Notes under the pieces: model-generated | Told to the model about the DNA's origin: nothing | The model's input: only the letters and a program-made list of their open reading frames with translations | The model's database searches: none | From: Rebecca billardiae RCC1528 | Taxonomy: Eukaryota; Protista; Haptophyta | Reading direction: 5' to 3' | NCBI GenBank assembly: GCA_965240325.2 | Contig: OZ251222.1 | Location: 5,022,001 to 5,086,000 of the forward strand | DNA length: 64,000 bases | Made by a program: the position numbers and the translations under genes | Shown here: piece by piece, positions 54,901-64,000 of the stretch | How positions within the stretch are numbered: the stretch's first letter is position 1 | Layout: each line of letters begins with the position of its first letter

Positions 54901-57900
54901 ATCTCACCCTCCGTCCATCCTGCGCCTGGTGGGCCGCGTAGTGAGCGGCAAGCATCAGGGCGCTCCTCATTGTGTGTGAGCGCCAGCTCATCTGCGCACG
55001 GCCGTCCCACGGCGGTGCGGCTGGGCGCGCGCGCGCCTCGCGTCGATGGAGCGGGCGCGCCTTGCCGCGGCGGCCGAGACGAGCACTGTCGAAGCACTGT
55101 CGAGCGCGATCATCGCGGCGGCGAGCAGCGGTCGTGGCTGGCGCAACACGCCGGCCCAGCCCGCCCCCGCCCCCGCGCCCCCCCCATCCTCCACCTCGTC
55201 AGAGCTTCCTCTGGTGCGCGCCATCACGGCCGCGCGGCGCACGCCGCTGGGTGCCGCCGCTCGCGCGCGCGCCTAGGTTAGGGCGGTCTGGGCGGGCAGG
55301 CGGCGATGGCGGGCGTCTCTCGGCGGGCCTTGGCTGCGGCGGGCGCATCGTCTAGTCAAGCAGCAGTCACCCGCGCCCGCGCCCGCCGCCGCCGTTTGTA
55401 GTCTCAATCTGATTTTGCCGCCGCGCACTGGAGTGTTGCTGCGGGCGTGGTGCGCAGCAGCCGACCCAGCGCCTCGCACCGTTCGAAGCTGCCCCCGCCC
55501 CGGCCCCCCATCGTCCACCTCGTCCTATCTGACTCCGGTGAGCAGCAGCTGCTGAATGCCCAGCATACGCCCTTGCTGCCCGTGCGCAGGAGGCTGAGCC
55601 GTGCGGTGCGTGATGGCTGGCGGCCCGCGACTGGCGTCACGCTCGGCGTACGTGAGGCGAGTCGGCGGGCAGCCTGCGCACCACGGGTTGGCGCGCGGCA
55701 CTGGCGTGCTACACCGAGACGAGACGACACATGCGCGCCCACGCCCGCGCTGCCTGCAGCACCGGCCGGATGCACCGCTGGTGCGTTGCCACACTCAACG
55801 GCAGCAGCGGCCGGCGGTCCGGTGCGGGATGCCACGTGCGCGCGCGCGCGCTCGGCGCGGCGGCTGTGGCGGGCCGGCGGAGGGCGCAGGAGTGCGCGAT
55901 GGAATGACTGCAATGCTCCCACACCACTGCGCGGGGCCGCGTGTGCGCGCTCGCGCGCAGCGCGCTCTCTCCTCGTCAGCGTGCGCACTGCTCGATGGGC
56001 GTGCGGTCGTGCCCGAGGTGCAGCGCTTGCGTTGGGCGCGGCGGCGCGGGCGGGTGCGCACCGGGCGCCGCGTGCGGTATGCGTGCGCGGAGGCCCTCGT
56101 GCCCGCGCGACGGCGCGCGCGGTCGACCTGGCATCGCGGGAAGAGGCATGGCTCCTGACGATGCAGTCTCGCTGCGAGGCGGCGGGCGCTGCCATCGTCC
56201 TCTGCGCCTTTTTCCTTCCCGCGCATCTCGCGACGCTCCGTTTTGTTTTTGGTTTTCTTTCTCGCCGGCGCGGTCCGCTGTCCACGATGGCCGTCCGGCC
56301 TTTCCGCATGGGCGCACGAGCGCGTCGCCTCGCCGCAGCGACTTGGGCGCGGCAAGAGGGCGCGATGGCGCCCTGCGCGGCGGGCACGCGGCGTGCAGCG
56401 CGAATGCATCGTGTCCAGCTCATCGCGAGATGGCTCGCACGCTGCCGTTGCGAAGGCGGGGCCGCGGCGACGGCTCGCGGTCGGCATTGCGCTCGCGTGA
56501 TGCGGCCGCGCGTGAAGCGGGCTGGCGCACGGCCGGCGCGCCACGGGCTGGCGGGGAGCGCCGGGTAACACCCACCTGGCCCGTGTCGCGCACGCGCGAA
56601 CGCGCGCTGCCCACCGCGCCGGCCAGGGGCGCCGTGGGAATGTTGCCACGCGCGACGGCCCGGGGGACGGTCGGGACTGGCCGCCCACCAGTCGCGCGCG
56701 CGCGCGCGCGCGCGCCCGGCGCGCGACGCGCGAGCGGAGTGCGCGTGCGTGCGCGAATGGCCGATGGCGCTGCGCCCGCGCCACTGCGCGGGGCTGCGTG
56801 CGCGTACCCGCGCGCGGCCTGCTCACGTGTGGACGGCGTGTGCACGCACGGCTCTGCATGCGGCCGCGACCGCCGTGGCGCGGCGCCCGCTGCCCGGGGA
56901 CGGTGGCGCGGGCGGGTGCGCGCCGGGCGCCGGGTGACGCGTCTTCGCTGCGGCGCGCGCCTCCTCGGCCCGTGCGCGACCGCGCGCGCCTGCAGTTGCG
57001 CGAGCGGGCGCGGGCGGAGTGGCGAAGGCGCCGCTCGCGCCCGGAGGCGATGCCGCCATCGCTCTTTCCACCGGGCTGGCGGCCAGCCGCTGACGAAACG
57101 AATCGAAACGAATCCGTGTGGTCGTCTGGGCTTTCTTTTCGCGGAGCAGCCAGCATGGCTGCCGAGGCGGCGGATGGCACGTTGCTTTTTGTCGTTGGCG
57201 CTCACGGCACGCTCGCGGCGGCGCGGCGGCGTGCGGCGCGAGCGCGTGCTCGCACAGCTGGCGAGTCGCGCGCGGCACCGCTGCTCGAGACAGCGAGTGC
57301 CATCGCCGCGCAGCAGCGTCGCGTCAAAGAGCGCCGCAGCCAAGCGCGCGGCCCGCTGAGTGTAACGGCTTCCTGCCCGCCGCCGGCGCGTGCCGGCGGC
57401 GAGCACGCAGGGCTCGGCGCGTGCGCGCCCTCCGGTGCCAGACGCGAAGGCATGCGTCTTGGAGGCATACGTCACACGGCCAGCCCCTGTGCCACCGCGC
57501 CAGCGTGAGACTCGGCGCCAGTGCTCGGTCCGGCCGGCAGCCCTGCCGCCCTCAGCGTGATGCAGTCGGACGGCCTCGGGGGATGGCGGGTTGGGCGGCG
57601 GACGAGCGACGAAGGGCGTCTGCTGGCGAGCCTTGTCCGCGCCGTGTGCGTAGTCTAGCCAAGCAGCCTTCGCCCGCACCCGCGCCCGCCGTCGCCATTT
57701 GTAGTATGGTCGCCAGTTGCCGTGCACCCTGCGCACGGCGTGCCGACCACGCGGCAGCTGCTGGCCTCTGCCTTCCGGCCGGCGAAGTGCGATGAGCCGC
57801 GGCGCAGCACGCGGCGGTCAAGCCGAGCGCGAGGCATGGGACCCCCTGGCTACCCGCACGAGGGCGCACGCGACGACCTCGAGCCACCGATGCTGGGCCT

Positions 57901-58770
57901 GGGGCAGCGCGCGCTGCCGTCGCGGGCTGTAGTCCATCGCGTGCCCGAGTGGGCGCGACGGCAGCGCGTGGGGCGGTGCGAGCCAGCCGGGCGACCGCAG
58001 CGCGTGCTGCTCGGCGGCGGCGTGGCGGGAGCGCGCCGCGTACGTGGCTGGCGCCGCGCACTATCTGAGCTGCCCCCGCCCCCGCACCCCCCATCTTCCA
58101 CCTCGTCCGAGCTGCCTCTAGTGCGCGCCATCACGGCCGCGAGCGGCCTACGCGCAGCTGCTGCATGCCGCTGGTCGCGCACGCGCCTCACGTCGAAGGC
58201 GCGGCCGCCCCTTACAGGGACGCGTGCACGTGGCGATCGAGACGAGCACACCCGAGCGCGGTCAGCGCGGGTCGGCAGTGGCGAGCAGCAGAAGAGCAGT
58301 CTACATGTTGAACGGCCGCGCACGCCGCGGCCGAGCTCTGCGCGCAGACTTGGCAGCTGTTCACGCGTGGCTGGCGGGCACCGCGCACTGCGCGGCGTCG
58401 TGCGTGCGAGTGACGGAGACGCGAGTGCATTCCCCCAGCAAGCGCGCTCGGCCGCTCGGCCGTGCGCTCGCGCGGCCGCGCGCGGCCTGCAGCGTTTGCG
58501 TGGCAGCGCGGGCCGAGTGACGGGCGGGCAGTGCGCTCGCGCCGCCGCGCACGATCGCGATCGCAGCGCGTGGGACGTGGCGAGCTGGCCGAGGCGCTTT
58601 GGGCGCGCGCTTCGACGGCGCGCGGATCCTCTCGCGCCACACTGCGCCAGCGGGCGCGCGCACGCGACACAGCCGCCCTCCGGCGGCCGGCCGGGAAGCG
58701 GCGCCGCCATGCTGGCTTCCGAGGCCGAGTTGACCTTTCCGGTTTTCCCTCGCCTGGAATAGACCCCTTC
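49000..58770. repeat. Mosaic array of diverged kb-scale direct repeats
   Basis: ~49600-51055 resembles ~57530-58762; ~52010-52380 resembles ~54880-55250; ~53040-53530 resembles ~54440-54910. GCGTAGTGAGCGGCAAGCATCAGG occurs three times. Confidence 0.85.
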
Positions 58771-58885
58771 AGGGACGGTTACGGCAGCCATGCTGACCCA
58801 GACCAGCGCAGGTCGTCTCGGGGTACGCTGGTGGCGTCTCTGGATGCCCGGCGAGCACCTTGCTGCGGCGTCGACGTGCTAGCCG

Positions 58886-59250
58886 ACGGGCGTTAAGGAC
58901 TTGTTGAAGGACTTGGCGCCCGTCTCGGAGGTGATCGGCGTTGATGAGCTCGCTGGTAAGGTGTTCGCCGTCGACGCGAGCATCTGGATCCACCAGCTCG
59001 CCACTATCCATGCTGATGTGCTCGATGCGGGTGATTATCCAACGCGGCCTCTTCTTGTCGCGCGCGCGACGGCCCCATCGCATGGGACTGATTGCACAAG
59101 GTTGCCTGCGCGATAGTTTTGCGAGCGCGTCAGACTCGGCTGCTCGGAGCGATGCTGCGAATACGTGTGCGCGCCTGTCAACAGCGGGGCAATCCTTCAC
59201 CACGCGACCCTACTGGTTTCTGCGTGGGAACGATGGCGCAAGGGCAAGAC
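58886..59250 (+). pseudogene. Exo1/FEN1/XPG-family nuclease N-domain pseudogene
   Basis: (ACG)GVKDLLKDLAPVSEVIGVDELAGKVFAVDASIWIHQ matches the XPG-N consensus MG(I/V)xxL...GKxxAVDAxxWLH. The start codon reads ACG and the frame is lost after ~59040. Confidence 0.78.
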
Positions 59251-60924
59251 CACACCCACCAGTGACATCTGTAGCCTAGCGATCAGCCAGCTGTTCGGCG
59301 CGTGCCACGTGGCTGGCGCTGCTGCACCGCGAGCGGCGCGCGGGCTGCGCTGTCACCGCACGGCAGCAGCTGTGGCTGCGACACACCGGTCGAGCCGCGA
59401 CAGGGTGCCTGCTGGCCCATGGCTGCACATGCGCGGATTCGTGCACAGCCACGACACGGTATGGCAGGGCCGCTTGATCTGCTCGCGCGAGAGCCTTTGG
59501 GTGCCAGCTAGCGGGGGCGCCGCACACGCGCCCGCTCGCGCTGCGCAGCAGACGGGTGCAGTGTTGCGAGTGCCGAGGGCTGCGCACGCATCGCACGCGT
59601 TGCTGTGCGCTGCTCGCGGGTGCTCGTGGGTGCTCGCTCAGGCGCGTGGACCGTCAGGCCACCCAGCGGCCGACGCGCCTCGTCCGCTGCCGCGAGCAGC
59701 CCCGCGCTGGCGACTGGCGGTGCCCGTCTGCAGCAGGATGGCGGTGCATCGGACGGCGCGCGCCCGGCGAGTGCCCTCAGCGGCATGCTGCTGGACGGTG
59801 CACGCCAGGGTTGGCCCCCACGCGAATATGAATCGCTCCTGGCAGGCTGGTAGCTTTTAGAGATGGACGACAAACTGCGCCGGGCGGGGCCGCGCTCGGC
59901 ACCTCGGCCGAGAATCACAGCGTGTCGCCTCACTGCATGTCTCTCACATCCGCACTGGAGGCACAGTGCACGGCCGCCCGCGGAGCGCCGCAGACAGCCC
60001 TTAGAGCAGTGCGGCAGGTGTTTAACAAAACTGAGCAGAGAGCGCGGCAGCACGGCGCGCGCGCACGGCGCAAGCAGCACGCGTACTCGCCGGATGCACT
60101 TACCCCCACGTGCGCGTGCACGCCCGCAGTGCGGTCTCACTGAGTGACTAATTTCGCGCCGGAGTGTTAGGCTCCGCGTATACAATGAGCACTACGTAGT
60201 TCGGCTGGCACAGGGCAGGCAGCTCCGCTCACGCCTGACGGGCGGTGATGCCGTGCGCGGCGCGGCGTGGCTGAGATTTCGATCAATGATAGGAGTAGGC
60301 AGCACGCTGATGCTGCGCCACCGCCGCAGCGGCGTGGAACCCCGCGGTATTACCCACACGAGTGTGCATATAAGCACTACATCACGGCCTGCACAGCAGC
60401 AGCGGTAGTGCACCACTCTAGCTGAAGCCGAGTGTGTCACACCGTCTGTCAAGACTGCGCGGCCGCGGCGACGGCTCGCGGTCGGCAGGCGTCGCGTTCG
60501 CGTGTTGCGGCCGCGCGTGAAGCGGGCCGGCGCGCGGCCGGCGCACCGCGGGCTGGCGCGGAGCACACTGTCACACGCAGACGGCCAGTGGCGTGCACGC
60601 GCGCGCGCGCGCTGGCTGCCACGCCGGCCAGGGGCGCCGCGCGCATGTTGCCACGCGCGACGGCCCAGTGGGGGGGGGGGGGGGGGGGGGGGGGGCACTC
60701 GCCCGTCGCGCGCGCGCGCCGCGCGCCGCGGACGGGCGGGCGGCGTGCGCACGCGCGCGCGTGCTCGCAAAACCAGCGTGTGGGCGAGCGGGCGGCTGCT
60801 CTGCTCCAGGCTCGCAGGTGGTGGCAAGAGCGCAATGCCCAGAGCGTGGGCAGCACGACGCCAGGCGTGGTGGCTCCGGCCGTGGTAGGCAGGCGGGCCA
60901 GCGGCCAGCGCTAGCACGCGGCCC

Positions 60925-63900
60925 CGCGGCGCAACTTAGCGACGAGCGATGCATGTAATCCACGATCAGGGTGGGTTGGACGGGTGAGCGCAGCCCGAGC
61001 GGCGGAGGCCTCGCCGCACGCCGGCTGTAGCAGCAGCGTTGCTTCCGCGAGCCGCCTCAGCCTGTCAGAAGCAGCTGACGACCGGCCGGGCCCGCGGCCG
61101 TCGGCTGCGGGCGGCTCGCACGAGCCCAAGCGGCGCAACTTAGCGACGAGCGAGGCATCTAATCCAAGATCGGGGTGGGTTGGACGGGTGAGCGCAGCCT
61201 GAGCGGCGGAGGCCTCGCCGCACGCCGGCTGTAGCAGCAGCGGCGCTTCCGCGAGCCGCCTCAGCCTGTCAAAAGCAGCTGACGACCGGCCGGGCCCGCG
61301 GCCGTCGGCTGGGGGCGGCTCGCACGAGCCCAAGCGGCGCAACTTAGCGACGAGCGATGCATCTAATCCAAGATCGGGGTGGGTTGGACGGGTGAGCGCA
61401 GCCTGAGTGGCGGAGGCCTCGCCCCAGGCCGGCTGTAGCAGCAGCGGCGCTTCCGCGAGCCGCCGGAGTCAGTCAAGGAGCAGCTGACGACCCGCCGGGC
61501 CCGCGGCCGTCGGCTGCGGGCAGCTCGCACGAGCCCAAGCGGCGCAACTTAGCGACAAGCGATGCATCTAATCCAAGATCGGGGTGGGTTGGACGGGTGA
61601 GCGCAGCCTGAGCGGCGGAGGCCTCGCCGCACGCCGGCTGTAGCAGCAGCGGCGCTTCCGCGAGCCGCCTCAGCCTGTCAAAAGCAGCTGACGACCGGCC
61701 GGGCCCGCGGCCGTCGGCTGGGGGCGGCTCGCACGAGCCCAAGCGGCGCAACTTAGCGACGAGCGATGCATCTAATCCAAGATCGGGGTGGGTTGGACGG
61801 GTGAGCGCAGCCTGAGCGGCGGAGGCTTCGCCCCACGCCGGCTGTAGCAGCAGCGGAGCTTCTGAGAGCCGCCTGAGCCTGTCAAAAGCAGCTGACGACC
61901 GGCCGGGCCCGCGGCCGTCGGCTGCGGGCGGCTCGCACGAGCCCAAGCGGCGCAACTTAGCGACGAGCGAGGCATCTAATCCAAGATCGGGGTGGGTTGG
62001 ACCTGTGAGCGCAGCCTGAGCGGCGGAGGCCCCGTCTCAAGCCGGCTGGAGCAGCAGCGGCGCTTCCGCGAGCCGCCTCAGCCTGTCAAAAGCAGCTGAC
62101 GACCGGCCGGGCCCGCGGCCGTCGGCTGCGGGCTGCTGGCACGTGGCGAAGCGGCGGAACTTAGCGACGAGCGATGCATCTAATCCAAGATCGGGGTGGG
62201 TTGGACGGGTGAGCCCAGCCTGAGTGGTGGAGGCCTCGCCCCAGGCTGGCTGTAGCAGCAGCGGCGCTTCCGCGAGCCGCCTGAGCCTGTCAAAAGCAGC
62301 TGACGACCGGCCGGGCCCGCGGCCGTCGGCTGCGGGCAGCTGGCACGAGGCGAAGCGGCGCAACTTAGCGACGAGCGATGCATCTAATCCAAGATCGGGG
62401 TGGGTTGGACGGGTGAGCGCAGCCTGAGTGGCGGAGGCCTCGCCGCACGCCGGCTGGAGCAGCAGCGGCGCTTCCGCGAGCCGCCTGAGCCTGTCAAAAG
62501 CAGCTGACGACCCGCCGGGCCCGCGGCCGTCGGCTGCGGGCGGCTCGCACGAGCCCAAGCGGCGCAACTTAGCGACGAGCGATGCATCTAATCCAAGATC
62601 GGGGTGGGTTGGACAGGTGAGCGAAGCCTGCGTGGCGGAGGCCTCGCCCCAGGCCGGCTGTAGCAGCAGCGGCGCTTCCGCGAGCCGCCTGAGCCTGTCA
62701 AAAGCAGCTGACGACCGGCCGGGCCCGCGGCCGTCGGCTGGGGGCGGCTCGCACGAGGCGAAGCGGCGCAACTTAGCGACGAGCGATGCATCTAATCCAA
62801 GATCGGGGTGGGTTGGACGGGTGAGCGCAGCCTGAGCGGCGGAGGCCTCGCCCCACGCCGGCTGGAGCAGCAGCGGCGCTTCCGCGAGCCGCCTCAGCCT
62901 GTCAAAAGCAGCTGACGACCCGCCGGGCCCGCGGCCGTCGGCTGGGGGCGGCTCGCACGAGGCCAAGCGGCGCAACTTAGCGACGAGCGATGCATCTAAT
63001 CCAAGATCGGGGTGGGTTGGACGGGTGAGCGCAGCCTGAGCGGCGGAGGCCTCGCCCCACGCCGGCTGGAGCAGCAGCGGAGCTTCTGAGAGCCGCCGGA
63101 GTCGGCCAGAAGCCCTTGACGACCGGCCGGGCCCGCGGCCGTCGGCTGCGGGCGGCTCGCACGAGGCGAAGCGGCACAACTTAGCGACGAGCGATGCATC
63201 TAATCCAAGATCGGGGTGGGTTGGACGGGTGAGCGCAGCCTGAGCGGCGGAGGCCTCGCCCCACGCCGGCTGTAGCAGCAGCGGCGCTTCCGCGAGCCGC
63301 CTCAGCCTGTCAAAAGCAGCTGACGACCGGCCGGGCCCGCGGCCGTCGGCTGGGGGCGGCTCGCACGAGGCGAAGCGGCGCAACTTAGCGACGAGCGATG
63401 CATCTAATCCAAGATCGGGGTGGGTTGGACGGGTGAGCGCAGCCTGAGCGGCGGAGGCCTCGCCCCACGCCGGCTGGAGCAGCAGCGGCGCTTCCGCGAG
63501 CCGCCTCAGCCTGTCAAAAGCAGCTGACGACCCGCCGGGCCCGCGGCCGTCGGCTGCGGGCGGCTCGCACGAGCCCAAGCGGCGCAACTTAGCGACGAGC
63601 GATGCATCTAATCCAAGATCGGGGTGGGTTGGACGGGTGAGCGCAGCCTGAGCGGCGGAGGCCCCGTCTCAAGCCGGCTGTAGCAGCAGCGGAGCTTCTG
63701 AGAGCCGCCGGAGTCGGCCAGAAGCCCTTGACGACCGGCCGGGCCCGCGGCCGTCGGCTGCGGGCGGCTCGCACGAGGCGAAGCGGCACAACTTAGCGAC
63801 GAGCGATGCATCTAATCCAAGATCGGGGTGGGTTGGACGGGTGCAGGTGAGCGAAGCCTGCGTGGCGGAGGCCTCGCCCCAGGCCGGCTGTAGCAGCAGC

Positions 63901-64000
63901 AGCGCTTCCGCGAGCCGCCGGAGTCAGTCAAGGAGCAGCTGACGACCCGCCGGGCCCGCGGCCGTCGGCCGCGGGCGGCTCGCACGAGGCGAAGCGGCGC
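60925..64000. repeat. 204-bp tandem satellite, about 15 units, continues past the window end
   Basis: CTTAGCGAC anchor at 60935, 61139, 61343, 61548, 61752 ... 63792. Confidence 0.97.

Noticed and set aside
60925-64000. CRISPR array
   Set aside because: Contiguous 204-bp units without unique spacers, no cas genes, eukaryotic context.

Overview
Very GC-rich eukaryotic genomic DNA with short GC-rich introns and Ala/Gly-rich proteins. The style resembles a pavlovalean haptophyte or similar alga, but that is inference. There are four zones. (1) 1-6.9 kb: host genes (end of RPS27a, an SDR, a kinesin-13, two hypothetical genes). (2) ~7.1-23.05 kb: a lower-GC island with no host genes. Its core is an exact head-to-tail dimer of a 2,830-bp unit (10902-16563). 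Each unit encodes a geminivirus/genomovirus-type CRESS Rep (HUH motif II, GRS-like segment, motif III, complete SF3 helicase) with a disrupted N-terminus and no recognisable capsid. The Rep sits inside a 2.1-kb segment bounded by TA-CCAGGTGG...CCACCTGG-TA with nick-site-like flanks. Around the dimer are diverged inverted arms carrying captured gene fragments, diverged direct repeats and several hairpins. (3) 23.2-48.3 kb: host genes (PA-like membrane protein, beta-helix protein, clan GH-A hydrolase, MFS, CDF Zn transporter, CID protein, large hypothetical, JmjC). Two different ~1.1-kb foldback elements with ~400-bp TIRs, CAAGGG termini and 7-bp TSDs (P-superfamily-like) interrupt this zone. 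(4) 48.6-64 kb: a mosaic of diverged kb-scale repeats, an Exo1/XPG-type pseudogene and a 204-bp tandem satellite running off the window end.
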